Program-made: the position numbers and the translations under genes
Assembly: GCA_050633305.1 (NCBI GenBank)
Contig: JBOEGF010000005.1
Coordinates: forward strand, 224,001-288,000
Reading direction: 5' to 3'
DNA length: 64,000 bases
From: Nannocystales bacterium
Lineage (GTDB): Bacteria > Myxococcota_A > Polyangia > Nannocystales > Nannocystaceae
Shown: positions 45,399-55,299 of the stretch, piece by piece
Numbering within the stretch: the stretch's first letter is position 1
How the letters are laid out: each line of letters begins with the position of its first letter
Notes under the pieces: model-generated
Told to the model about the DNA's origin: nothing
The model's database searches: none
The model's input: only the letters and a program-made list of their open reading frames with translations

Positions 45399-47579
45399 AT
45401 GAAACGACAAGTTTGGCTCACTACCTTGATCGGTTTGCTTGCTATCGGCTGTGGCGACGACGTCGCCGGCTCGTCCGACACCGACACGGACACCGAAGGT
45501 GCAAGCACCACCGGCACCGATCCCACGATGCCCACCATGGCGACGAGCAGCTCCACCGGGGTCGATCCGGACACGTCGGGCACGGACACCGATGACTCGA
45601 CTACGGGCACGGACACCGACCCCTCGACGGACACCGACCCCTCGGACACCGATGATCCGACCCAGGGTGGCGAGCCCGCCGACTTCATCGTCACGATTGA
45701 GAACATCTCGGACCAAGGCCCCGTGCCCACGCCGTTCTCTCCGGGCGTTTGGACCGAGCAGGACACCACTGTCGCCCCGATTTTCACGATCAACGCAGCG
45801 GCTTCCGAGGGCCTGATCTCGTTGGCAGAAGACGGCGACCCCGCAACGCTCGCTGCGAGCATCGACGGCACCGACGGCGTGCTCCAGTCGGGCGTCTTCG
45901 ACACTCCGGTCGACGCTGCCGACCCAGCACCGATCATGCCCGGCGAGAGCTACAGCTTCGAGTTCACCGCGCAACCCGAGTCTCGTCTCGGCCTGGCGTC
46001 CATGCTGGTGGCCAGCAACGACGTGTTCTGGGCAACCGGTCCTCAGGGCGTCTCGCTCTTCTTGGGCAACGGCGACCCCGTCGACCGCGACATCACCAAC
46101 CTTCTCAACATCTACGACGGCGGCTCCGAGGCCAACCAGCCCCTCGCCGGCGGTGGCTACCAGCCGTTCCCGAAGAGCGAGGCCAACTTTGGTCCCAGCG
46201 AAGAGGGCGTCATCAGCCAGCGGGACGAGTCGACCCACGCAATCGTCGCTGCACGTCGCCTCATGGACGTCGACGTTGAGATGTTGCTCAACAAAGACGG
46301 CACGGCGTTCCTCGGCTACGAGATCACCATTGAGAACACCTCCGGTGACACCGGCGGCACGCTCACGCCCCTGTCGCCGTTCGCATGGGCCCTGCACAAC
46401 GACACCGTCTCGCTCATCACCCCCGGAGGTGCTGCTTCGGACCTCGCTGGTCTCGAGGCGCTCGCCGAGGATGGCGATCCCGCCGCCCTCGTGGCGACCC
46501 TCGGCGGACTCGCAGGCGTTGCGGACTCGGGCGTCGCGGCTCCCGCTGGTGGCGGTGGGCTCGCACCCGGAGACACCGTGACCTTCACGGTCGTCCCGGA
46601 CGTCGGGAGCGAGTGGCTCTCGTTCGGCAGCATGGTCGTCGTGTCCAACGATGCGATCATCGCCATGCACCCGGAGGGCGTCGCTCTCCTCGCTGAGAAC
46701 GAGGACGGAGACCTCGTCCCTCGCAACGAGAGCACCATCGCCAACGACATCCTCGCCAGCATCGAGGTGTGGGACGTGGGCACCGAGGCCAACGAGACGC
46801 CGGGTGCAGGTGCAAACCAGCCCGCGATCGGAGGCCCAGATATCGGCGCCGCAGATTCGGACGCGACGATTCGTTACTACAACGATCCGACCAACGACCT
46901 GGCCACGATCTCCGACAGCCTGAACGTTCTGGTCGACACGGCCGGTGGTGACCTCGAGATCGCAATCCTCAACCAGTCGGAAGGGGACGCGTTCCAGTTC
47001 ACCTTCTCCGGCGGTGTGGCGGCACTCACCCCCGACACGGTCTCGCTGTTCGAAATGGACGCTGCGGCCTCGGCTGGCCTCGAGTCCCTCGCTGAAGACG
47101 GCGACGCATCGACTCTGATCACGGAAGTCGACGGAGCGACGGACGGTGAAGTTCTCACCGTCGATGCCATCCCCCCCGATGACCTCGAGACGGTCACCTT
47201 CACTGCACCGACCGATGCGCAGCCGGTCCTGCACTTCGCCGCGATGATCGTTCCCTCCAACGATACGTTCATTGCCACGGGTCCCGAAGGCGTCAATGTC
47301 TTCGGTGGCGACGGTAACCTGCTGTCCGACGAAGAGATCGAAGATGCCATCCTGGCCTCGCTGCAGGTCTACGACGCTGGTACGGAGCAGAACCAGGCCG
47401 GCGCCGCGGGTGCCGACATGGCTCCTCTCCAGGCTGGACCCAACACCGGTGCTTCCGAGGGCAACGGTCTGGTCCGGATCGTGACCCCGGGCGCCAACGG
47501 TGCGCTCTCGAACGAGCCTGTGTGGGAGTACCCGCAGCTCAACCAGCTGATCCGCGTGACGGTCACCCCCGCTCGCTAG
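45399..47579 (+). CDS. Lipoprotein with three Spondin_N domains and a Thr/Asp-rich linker
   Basis: Lipobox LLAIGC; three copies each of LAEDGD, SND and D.G.E.N. Confidence 0.88.
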   Translation: MKRQVWLTTLIGLLAIGCGDDVAGSSDTDTDTEGASTTGTDPTMPTMATSSSTGVDPDTSGTDTDDSTTGTDTDPSTDTDPSDTDDPTQGGEPADFIVTIENISDQGPVPTPFSPGVWTEQDTTVAPIFTINAAASEGLISLAEDGDPATLAASIDGTDGVLQSGVFDTPVDAADPAPIMPGESYSFEFTAQPESRLGLASMLVASNDVFWATGPQGVSLFLGNGDPVDRDITNLLNIYDGGSEANQPLAGGGYQPFPKSEANFGPSEEGVISQRDESTHAIVAARRLMDVDVEMLLNKDGTAFLGYEITIENTSGDTGGTLTPLSPFAWALHNDTVSLITPGGAASDLAGLEALAEDGDPAALVATLGGLAGVADSGVAAPAGGGGLAPGDTVTFTVVPDVGSEWLSFGSMVVVSNDAIIAMHPEGVALLAENEDGDLVPRNESTIANDILASIEVWDVGTEANETPGAGANQPAIGGPDIGAADSDATIRYYNDPTNDLATISDSLNVLVDTAGGDLEIAILNQSEGDAFQFTFSGGVAALTPDTVSLFEMDAAASAGLESLAEDGDASTLITEVDGATDGEVLTVDAIPPDDLETVTFTAPTDAQPVLHFAAMIVPSNDTFIATGPEGVNVFGGDGNLLSDEEIEDAILASLQVYDAGTEQNQAGAAGADMAPLQAGPNTGASEGNGLVRIVTPGANGALSNEPVWEYPQLNQLIRVTVTPAR

Positions 47580-47599
47580 TCGGTCAGACTGCTGCAACG

Positions 47600-47635
47600 A
47601 CGGCGGTGCCCACGGGGGTGCCGCCGTTTTTGTTT
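47600..47635 (+). terminator. Intrinsic terminator
   Basis: Stem ACGGCGGTGCCC/GGGTGCCGCCGT followed by TTTTGTTT. Confidence 0.8.
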
Positions 47636-47685
47636 CCGGATCCGTGTGGATGAAACGTTCTCGGGCTCGGGTCGTTGTCCTGTCG

Positions 47686-48252
47686 ATGAAGCACGTTCTT
47701 GCGCTGGTCGCGGGCCTGGGACTGGGCGCCTGCTCGTCATCGCCCTCGTCATCGACGACCGGACCCAAGTCGCCTGCGCCCGCGTCGGTGTCGACGACGA
47801 CGCTCTCGGTCGGGGACACCGCGCCGACGTTCTCGCTCCTCGGTCCTGGCGACTCGGCGGTCTCCTTGGCTGCTCTCACCGAGAACGGCCCGGCGGTGCT
47901 GGTGTTCTACCGCGGCGATTGGTGACCACACTGCCGTACGCAGCTCGGGCAGCTGCAAGACGCGACCTCCCAGTTCACCAACCTCAACTCCACTGTCGTC
48001 GCCATCGTGAGCGACACCAACGAGACGAACGCAGCGCTCGGAAAGCGGCTCGGCGTTACGTTTCCGATCCTTAGCGATGTGGACTTGGCCACGATCCGAG
48101 CGTACGGGGTGGAAGATGTTGGCGAGGACATCGCGCTTCCGGCGACGGTCGTCGTGAACGCGAATGGCACCGTACGGTGGGTCTACGTTGGCGACCGGCC
48201 CTCCGATCGACCGCTGGTGCCCGACGTGATACGGGTCCTCGAAGGAGGGTGA
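47686..48252 (+). CDS. AhpC/TSA (redoxin) family selenoprotein lipoprotein, UxxC, in-frame TGA at 47923-47925
   Basis: VLVFYRGDW-TGA-PHC continues in frame into FPILSD..AYGV..PATVVV; SECIS-like hairpin downstream of the TGA. Confidence 0.85.
47926..47956 (+). promoter_or_regulatory. Putative bacterial SECIS element
   Basis: GCAGCT-CGGGC-AGCTGC hairpin; loop starts after 20 nt from the UGA and has G at position 2. Confidence 0.65.
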
Positions 48253-48257
48253 TTCAA

Positions 48258-48596
48258 GTGAGCACCGGTCTGAGGCTCTACCACTTCGATAGCTGCTCCT
48301 ACTGTGCTCGGGTGCGCGCGGCGTTCAAGGATCTGAAGCTTGATGTCGAGCTTCAGGATATCCACCGCAACCCCGAAGCTCATGCGGAGCTTCTGGCTGC
48401 GAGGGGTCGCCAGACGGTGCCGGTTCTACATATCGAGGACGGGGATGTCTGGATGCCCGAGTCGGGAGACATCGTTCGGTACCTCTACAAGCACTTCGGA
48501 GACGGTCGCAAGCCACCGCTGTGGGCCCGGGTGAACCCCCAGTGGGTGCTCATCGGCGCGGTTGTTCTATTCGCGGTCTTCATCGCCGTGCGGTGA
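48258..48596 (+). CDS. Glutaredoxin/GST-N domain protein with C-terminal membrane anchor
   Basis: AAGGAGG RBS; CSYC, QTVPVL and MPESGDI motifs; C-terminal TM segment. Confidence 0.88.
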   Translation: MSTGLRLYHFDSCSYCARVRAAFKDLKLDVELQDIHRNPEAHAELLAARGRQTVPVLHIEDGDVWMPESGDIVRYLYKHFGDGRKPPLWARVNPQWVLIGAVVLFAVFIAVR

Positions 48597-48701
48597 TCCC
48601 GGGCCGCCGCGAAAGGTTCCCGAGTCCACGAGGAGCCGCTGTTAGGCCCCTGAGCGCCGCTTACCCGTCGATCTGCACCGCGACGCAGTAAGATCGAGTC
48701 G

Positions 48702-49712
48702 ATGGAAGCTCGGTGGGTGTTGTGGGGACTTGTGTCGCTGACCGCATGCGGTGACGACGAAGGACGCCCATCTGGGGCCGCGACGCTTGGCACGCTGACC
48801 ACTGCCACGGCGACAGAGGGGGCAACGGAGGGGGACAGCGCCACCGAGGGGCCGTTCGACAGTGATGACGGCGGTCCGGAGGGAGGGAGCGGGGGCGTCC
48901 CAACCTTCGACGTTGGCTCGTCGGACCCGGATGGCTCGCAGGACGACGGATGCAAGAAGGTCGACGTGGTGTTCGCAGTCGACAACTCGGGCAGCATGAG
49001 CGAGGAGCACGATGCCCTGCGGGGCCCCGTATTCGACTCGTTCCCGCAGCAGCTCCTCGACATCAACAACGGCATTCAAGACTTCCGGCTGGGGGTGATC
49101 GACGCATGCCCCAAGCCGGCGTGGTTCCACAATTGGGGAGCCTCGGGCGCATGCAACTTCTCGACGGGCGCCAACTACATGAGCTCCACCTCTGCCAATC
49201 TTGCGGCGGAGTTCTCGTGCGTCACAGCCTTCTCGGCCCAAGGGTTCGAGAACATGCCGGACCAGTGCGTCGACGATGGTGCACTGGCCGATGACGACGA
49301 GCAGCCCTCTCTGACCGCGGCGGAAGCGGTGTCGGCAGCCAACCTCGGCGGCATGAACCTCGACTTCATCCGGGACGACGCCATCTTGTTCGTCGTGGCG
49401 ATGACGGACGAGGACGAAGAGTTCGCCGACGTCGACTCCGCGCAGGAGATCTACGACCGTCTTGTTGCCGCCAAGGGCGGGGATGTTTCGAGTGTCGTCT
49501 ACCTTGGCGTCGCGGGGAACTCGGTCTGCGCCGGTCCGTACGGGACAGCGTTGGACGCCGAACACGCGAAAGAGGTCGCGAACTTGTTCTCGTTGCAGGG
49601 GCAGGGGCTGTTCTGGGACCTCTGCCAAGGCAACCTGGAGACCGCGTTCCAGACCGCGATCTCCACGATTGTCGACGACACGTGTCAAGGCTTCACCCCT
49701 CCTGAGGGGTAG
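48702..49712 (+). CDS. vWA-domain lipoprotein
   Basis: Lipobox LTAC; KKVDVVFAVDNSGSM MIDAS motif; MTDEDE. Confidence 0.85.
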   Translation: MEARWVLWGLVSLTACGDDEGRPSGAATLGTLTTATATEGATEGDSATEGPFDSDDGGPEGGSGGVPTFDVGSSDPDGSQDDGCKKVDVVFAVDNSGSMSEEHDALRGPVFDSFPQQLLDINNGIQDFRLGVIDACPKPAWFHNWGASGACNFSTGANYMSSTSANLAAEFSCVTAFSAQGFENMPDQCVDDGALADDDEQPSLTAAEAVSAANLGGMNLDFIRDDAILFVVAMTDEDEEFADVDSAQEIYDRLVAAKGGDVSSVVYLGVAGNSVCAGPYGTALDAEHAKEVANLFSLQGQGLFWDLCQGNLETAFQTAISTIVDDTCQGFTPPEG

Positions 49713-49734
49713 GCGGTCGCCACGTCTGAGCGGC

Positions 49735-50151
49735 CTACTGAATCGAGATCAGCTCGACGTCGAACACCAGCATGCCCGCCGGACGACCCGGTGCGCCCTT
49801 GTACGCGAGGGGTTCAGGGATCCACATCCGGTGCTTCGCGCCGACCGACATCAGCGGAACACCCAGGGTCCAACCCGCGATCACACCCGTGAGCGGGAAC
49901 GAGGAGGGCTCGCCGCGTGCGACGGAGCTGTCGAACATCTCGCCATCGGTGGTCCACCCCGTGTAGTGCACCGTCACGGTGTCCGCCGCCGTGGGCTTGG
50001 GCCCGTCTCCCTCTTGGAGGACCTTGTAGGCTAGCCCTGCGGCGGTGACCTGAGCATCTGCAGGGGGTGCGGCGACGTCGGTGGGCGGGGGGATCGGCTT
50101 CGTACAGCCCACTGAAAGCAGGGCCAGGAGGGGAACGGCCAGTTGGCGCAT
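49735..50151 (-). CDS. FKBP-type peptidyl-prolyl isomerase lipoprotein
   Basis: VHYTGW, FDSS, VIAGW, LAY and LVFDVEL motifs. Confidence 0.95.
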   Translation of the reverse strand: MRQLAVPLLALLSVGCTKPIPPPTDVAAPPADAQVTAAGLAYKVLQEGDGPKPTAADTVTVHYTGWTTDGEMFDSSVARGEPSSFPLTGVIAGWTLGVPLMSVGAKHRMWIPEPLAYKGAPGRPAGMLVFDVELISIQ

Positions 50152-50209
50152 CGGAGAAGGAGCATAGCAGCCGTTCTCATCAGGTGGATTCCAGAGTATT
50201 GTCGCCGGA

Positions 50210-50992
50210 GTGCCGGGGCCGGATGATGCGATCGTTCTCGAGAACGTGTGCAAGTCGTTCGGGACGTTTCGCGTCCTCGACGGCATTAGCCTCACGGTGA
50301 AGAAGGGCTCGATCACGGTCCTGCTCGGGCCGTCGGGTACCGGCAAGTCGGTGCTGCTGCGGATCCTCGTGGGCCTGATGCGTCCCGATTCGGGCAACGT
50401 CTACGTGGGACAGCAGAACATCGCGCAGCTCGACGACAAGCGCTCGAGGGATCGCAAGACGCTGTTCGACGTGCGGCGCAAGTTCGGGATGTTGTTCCAG
50501 GACGGCGCGTTGTTCGACGACATCACCGTGTTCGAGAACGTCGCGTTCCCGATGCGGATGCACACCAAGATGTCCGAAGATGAGATCCGGGCCAAGGTCA
50601 GCGACAAGCTGGCGCGGGTCGGGCTTCCTCATGCGGTCGACAAGCATCCGTCCGAACTCAGTGGCGGAATGCGAAAACGCGTCGCGTTCGCCCGGGCCAT
50701 CGCGCTCGAACCCGAGATCGTCCTGTGTGATGAGCCCAGCTCCGGCCTCGACCCGGTGATGTCGGCCACGCTGGACGAGCTCATCATGGAAATGCATCGC
50801 ACGTTGGGGCTCTGCTTCATCGTCATCTCGCACGACACCGCGGAAGCCCTGACGATCGCAGACACGATCGGCATGCTTGCCGGGGGCAAACTCGTGCACT
50901 ACGGACCGCGCGCCGACCTCGAACACGAGTGTCATCCCGCGCTCCGCCAGTTCTTCGATCGTGAGACCGAGGGACCCATCAAGGTCGTCTGA
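50210..50992 (+). CDS. mlaF: MlaF-type ABC ATP-binding protein
   Basis: GPSGTGKS, FQDGALFD, LSGGMRKR and DEPSSGLDP motifs. Confidence 0.93.
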   Translation: MPGPDDAIVLENVCKSFGTFRVLDGISLTVKKGSITVLLGPSGTGKSVLLRILVGLMRPDSGNVYVGQQNIAQLDDKRSRDRKTLFDVRRKFGMLFQDGALFDDITVFENVAFPMRMHTKMSEDEIRAKVSDKLARVGLPHAVDKHPSELSGGMRKRVAFARAIALEPEIVLCDEPSSGLDPVMSATLDELIMEMHRTLGLCFIVISHDTAEALTIADTIGMLAGGKLVHYGPRADLEHECHPALRQFFDRETEGPIKVV

Positions 50993-52047
50993 TGAACCGT
51001 ACGTACATTGGGTTGGGAGCGTTTGTGGTCGTCTCGGTGGGGCTTCTGCTCTACCTTGCGCAGTCGATCGGTGCGATCGGGGCCGGAGGCGGCACCAAGT
51101 ACGAGCTGCGGCTGCAGTTTGCCGCTGGGCTGGTCGAGAACAACGCGGTGAAGATCGCGGGCGTGGGCGTCGGCCGAATCTCCCAGATCGAAGTCGACCA
51201 CGACATCGCCGTCCTCACCCTCGAGGTCGATGAAGGCATCGTCCTTCACGACGACGCTCGGGCTATCGTTCGTGCGAAGAGCCTGCTGGGGGAGAAGTAC
51301 CTTCAGGTTCACCCCGGAAGCGTCGATGCCCCGGTCCTGCCCGCGGGCGGCGAGATTGTCCATGTGGACGCACCGTTCGAGATCGACCAGGTGCTCAACG
51401 CGCTCGAGCCTGTCCTGGGCGGTGAGGACAACATCGCCGCGTCCTTGGCTCCGCTGGCCAAGACTCTCAGCGAGTTGCTCGATGACGCAGCCGGCAAGAA
51501 CGGCGACCCGGCGATCATCTCCCGCGAAGAGATTCGCGGCATGATCGACGACATCAAGGCCACGACCGCTTCGGGGCGTCGCATCGTCGAAACCAACGAA
51601 GAAGGTATCGCGACGCTCGTGACCGAGACCAACACCCTGGTCAAGAAGTCCAATCGCCTGATCGATGACCCTCGGATCAGTCGGACGTTGACCCGCGTCG
51701 ACTCGATGACGAAGACGCTGGACGAGAAACTTCCCCGTCTCATCGAGCGCTCCGAGTCTGCGATCGCCAAGCTTGAGAAGATGGCCGACATCGTCGATGA
51801 CGACCGTGCGAAGAAGATCAAGACGATGATCGACGACGCCTCGGTCGCGACGAAGAACCTGCGCAAGATCAGCAACGAGCTTTCTGACGTGGGTGGCGTG
51901 CTCGATCCGATGCTCCGGGACCTGAGCACCATCGCGAAGCGTGCCGCGGCGATCGACGAGAGGATCATCCGCAAGTTCGTGCAAAAGGAAGGCATCAAAG
52001 TCTTCGTCGGCAGCAAGCGCGAAGCTGGGCGTCTCCTCAAGGAGTAG
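50992..52047 (+). CDS. mlaD: MlaD/MCE family protein
   Basis: N-terminal TM segment, AAGL..VKIAGVGVGRI, SLLGEKY; helical C-terminus. Confidence 0.92.
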   Translation: MNRTYIGLGAFVVVSVGLLLYLAQSIGAIGAGGGTKYELRLQFAAGLVENNAVKIAGVGVGRISQIEVDHDIAVLTLEVDEGIVLHDDARAIVRAKSLLGEKYLQVHPGSVDAPVLPAGGEIVHVDAPFEIDQVLNALEPVLGGEDNIAASLAPLAKTLSELLDDAAGKNGDPAIISREEIRGMIDDIKATTASGRRIVETNEEGIATLVTETNTLVKKSNRLIDDPRISRTLTRVDSMTKTLDEKLPRLIERSESAIAKLEKMADIVDDDRAKKIKTMIDDASVATKNLRKISNELSDVGGVLDPMLRDLSTIAKRAAAIDERIIRKFVQKEGIKVFVGSKREAGRLLKE

Positions 52048-52204
52048 CCATTCCGGCGGGTCTGCGAAGCGCTGCTGTGAGGCCCGCGCTTCGCCCCGCC
52101 GCGACTTGACGACGCTCAGCTGCGCTCTACCGAGCACCCGGCGCAGAGCTCCGGCCGCCGGGCGCGTTGTCGCCGCGGCGGTGCCGTGCCACCGTGACCT
52201 TCGC

Positions 52205-55200
52205 ATGGCACGTCGTCCTCGTTCTTCGTTCCCGTCGTCGATGGCTCTTGCCGCTTTTCTGCTCGCGCCGGCGTGCAAGGGTGACCGTGGTGCCGGTGCC
52301 TCCCCGATCGGGTCTGCGGCCCCCGGAGAGACCGAAGGGGTGGCCGACGAGGCGGCCAAGCTCGCGATTCCGGACGAGGGTCCGCTACCGAAGCTGCGGA
52401 CTGGCGCGCGGGAGCTGGAGACCGCGGACGCCGTGGTCGCGGAGATGGCTGCCCACGCTGAGCGTGGCGCGCACTACTACGCCGTGGTGCTTCCCAACAG
52501 CGCTCGCGCCTTGGCGGACGGGGAGGCAGTGCGCCTTCATATCGAGACCCCGGCCGTCGCTGTCGGGGTTGTGCACCGCTCGCAAGGCGCCACCGAAGCG
52601 CTGGTTCGAGTGCCGGCCACAGCCGGACCTGCACCGGAGATCACGGGCACCGTATACGTGGTGGGGTCCTCGGGGCGCGGAAACTGGACCGCAGTCCCAT
52701 TCTCGGCCAAGGGTGCGGCCAAGGAGTCGAACGACGCGGACCTGCCACGCCGCTGGGCGGAAGCCTTTGGGCAACAGCGTCGCGGAGACCGCGTGCGCTG
52801 GTGGATGGATCGTTCGTCGCACCCGTGGAACGAGTTCGCAGCGGGTCGGGTGTGGTCCGCTGTGACGGGTACCAGCCGGGGGGAAGGGGTGAGCACGGGC
52901 GCGCCGACTCTTCCCCGACGAACCGAGCTGTCGGAACTCATGCACACGACCACCGCGGCGACGTCGATGCAAGAGGCCCTGCAGCACGACCGTGGTCTAC
53001 GTCTTCGAGCGACTCCTGGCCCAGCGAACGTTCCCCTGTCACAGCTCGAGGGGCCGGAACTCGAGGAGCACCCGTGGGCGGAGATGACGGCCGCGCTCCC
53101 CAACCCGACCGGGGGAATTGCCGAGCCGCTCGCGGCCGATGCTCCGGCGGACTTCTGGTACGTCCGCTTCGACGACATCCGCGTGTTTCTCCAGGTTCTC
53201 GACGAAGCCGACACCTGGATCACACCCGTGGCCCACGTCATGGAGGAACGCGGAGAGGTGCGGGGGTTGGCGAAGCGATACCAGGCCCAGCTCGGCCTGC
53301 GGCGAACTGGGTTGGCAAAAAGACTCGGACACACCGTCGTCGAGCGCGTTGCGGTCGTGGGGAGCGACCCCTATCTCCGCGAGGGGAGCGACGTGACGTT
53401 CATGTTCGCCTTGAACAACGCGACCGTGTTCAACACCGAACTCGGGCGTCACATGAGTGCCTACGAGTCTGAGGTCCCCGGAATCGTGAAGACGCAGCTC
53501 GTCCACGGTTCACACACGATCACCGTCCATCGAGACCCTGCTGGCGTCGTCCGCCAACACCGGGCCCTGGTCGACAACGTTGCGTTGGTCTCCAACAGCG
53601 AAGGCGCGATCCGGGCCGTGCTCGATGCTGCTGACGGCAAGCGCCCACGTCTCTCCGACGAGGCTGACCTGGGATACATGCTGGCCCGTGACCCCGGGCA
53701 GCACCAAGGCTTCGCATTCCTCAGCGACCGCTTCATCGCGAAGGTCGTAGGTCCCGAGCAGAAGGTCCTGGCCTCTCGTCGCCAGCGCGCGCTGGCGGAT
53801 TTGCTTACCCCGGGCTACAGCGCGCTGTTGTACGGCTGGCTCGAAGGAAAGGCGCCGGCCGACACCGAAGCGTTGATCGCCTCGCACCTTCTGGATCGAG
53901 AGGAGTTGAGCCATGCCGGAGGGGAGACGATCGCGTTCACACCCGGCACGGGTGCGCGTTCGTCGTGGGGCAGCCCCGCGGCGCTGACTCCACTGATCGA
54001 CCTCCCTCGGCCCACGATGGTGACTGAAGCCGAGAGGATTGCGTATGGGGGGTTCATTCGCGGGTATCAGAATTACTGGCGCAGCTTCATCGACCCCGTC
54101 GCGATTCGTCTCGACCTCGAGGGCGAGCCAGGGGCGGAACAAGCGGTCGTCGATGTTCGTGTCTTGCCGCTCATCTCCGGCACCCAATACAGCGACATCG
54201 AGGAGATCGTGGGAACCGAGCGAGTTGAAGTCCCGGCGATCGACGATGGGCTGCAGATGGTCTGGGCCGTCGGGGAGGATTCGTCCGTGCGCCGCGACCT
54301 CGATCGGGCTGCCAGCAGCCTCACTGGCAACAAAGACATTGGTCTGGGGTGGCTGGGCGAGTGGGTGATGGTCGGTAGCCTCGACCGGCATGCGGTTGTG
54401 GAGATGCTGGTCGAGGTCGACGAGGATATTCAGCTCCCGAAACCAGAGTCCGACGAGCAGGGGGGCGGGAGAGCCGAAGACCTCGAAATCGTGCAGAAGA
54501 TCGGACGCCTACCCGTGTACGCAGCCGCGCATGTTCGCAACCCGGCGTCGTTGATCATGGTGCTCACTGCGATTCGCGGGATGGTCAACGAAGTCGCACC
54601 GGGCATGGTGTTGTGGGGAGAAGACTCCCGTTACCGCGACTACTCTATCGTGCGGGTGGGCATCAACCCGAAGGCACCCGGGGAGTTCGGCGGGTTCGCG
54701 GATGCGATCGCGCTGTACTACGTGCAAGCGGGCGAATCGATCGTGTTCGCACTCCGCCCCAAGGTGCTCGAAGCGTTGGTCGACCGAATCGTGGATGGTG
54801 GCGGCCCTCGACCCGGAGCGGAAGACGGCCCTCAGTTTGTCGTGGATGCGAGGCTCGCGAAGAACCGCGCGAGCTGGACGGCGGCTGCTTGGGCGCTGCA
54901 AGGTCAGGCCAATCGCAGCCAGGGCTCCTCGCGTGCGGCAGCCGAGATCCTGTTACGCGGCGACCCCAGCTTGAGGACCCCGGAGCAACTCGTGGAGCGC
55001 GGCCTCGCCTACTTCGGTAGCCATCCCGTCAGCGCTTCGGGGGGGAGCGAGTTCGAGTTGTCGCCGGCTGGCGTGTCGGACCCGATCCACGGCAGCGAGG
55101 TCGTACCCTCGTTTCCCGAGCTTCCCGTGGCGGGGAGTCCGATCGACGCACTCATGCAGCGACTCGTCGGGCTGCAGGCATCGGTGGCTTTCGATCGAGA

Positions 55201-55270
55201 GCCCGCCAAGCTCGACCCGCCCGCGCGCAGTCTGCATACGCACTTCAGGGTGCATCTGGGACAGCGGTAG
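52205..55270 (+). CDS. Large hypothetical lipoprotein (~1021 aa)
   Basis: LAAFLLAPAC lipobox-like sequence; long globular ORF. Confidence 0.75.
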   Translation: MARRPRSSFPSSMALAAFLLAPACKGDRGAGASPIGSAAPGETEGVADEAAKLAIPDEGPLPKLRTGARELETADAVVAEMAAHAERGAHYYAVVLPNSARALADGEAVRLHIETPAVAVGVVHRSQGATEALVRVPATAGPAPEITGTVYVVGSSGRGNWTAVPFSAKGAAKESNDADLPRRWAEAFGQQRRGDRVRWWMDRSSHPWNEFAAGRVWSAVTGTSRGEGVSTGAPTLPRRTELSELMHTTTAATSMQEALQHDRGLRLRATPGPANVPLSQLEGPELEEHPWAEMTAALPNPTGGIAEPLAADAPADFWYVRFDDIRVFLQVLDEADTWITPVAHVMEERGEVRGLAKRYQAQLGLRRTGLAKRLGHTVVERVAVVGSDPYLREGSDVTFMFALNNATVFNTELGRHMSAYESEVPGIVKTQLVHGSHTITVHRDPAGVVRQHRALVDNVALVSNSEGAIRAVLDAADGKRPRLSDEADLGYMLARDPGQHQGFAFLSDRFIAKVVGPEQKVLASRRQRALADLLTPGYSALLYGWLEGKAPADTEALIASHLLDREELSHAGGETIAFTPGTGARSSWGSPAALTPLIDLPRPTMVTEAERIAYGGFIRGYQNYWRSFIDPVAIRLDLEGEPGAEQAVVDVRVLPLISGTQYSDIEEIVGTERVEVPAIDDGLQMVWAVGEDSSVRRDLDRAASSLTGNKDIGLGWLGEWVMVGSLDRHAVVEMLVEVDEDIQLPKPESDEQGGGRAEDLEIVQKIGRLPVYAAAHVRNPASLIMVLTAIRGMVNEVAPGMVLWGEDSRYRDYSIVRVGINPKAPGEFGGFADAIALYYVQAGESIVFALRPKVLEALVDRIVDGGGPRPGAEDGPQFVVDARLAKNRASWTAAAWALQGQANRSQGSSRAAAEILLRGDPSLRTPEQLVERGLAYFGSHPVSASGGSEFELSPAGVSDPIHGSEVVPSFPELPVAGSPIDALMQRLVGLQASVAFDREPAKLDPPARSLHTHFRVHLGQR

Positions 55271-55299
55271 GCGGGCGCCACAAAGGTTAGGATCCGGCC

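Noticed and set aside
45258..47879. 873-aa minus-strand ORF
   Set aside because: Antisense shadow of the spondin gene; no motifs; expected from high-GC codon bias.
47923..47925. Pseudogene interpretation of the redoxin
   Set aside because: The TGA falls exactly on the catalytic Cys column and is followed by a SECIS-like hairpin, so Sec recoding is more parsimonious.
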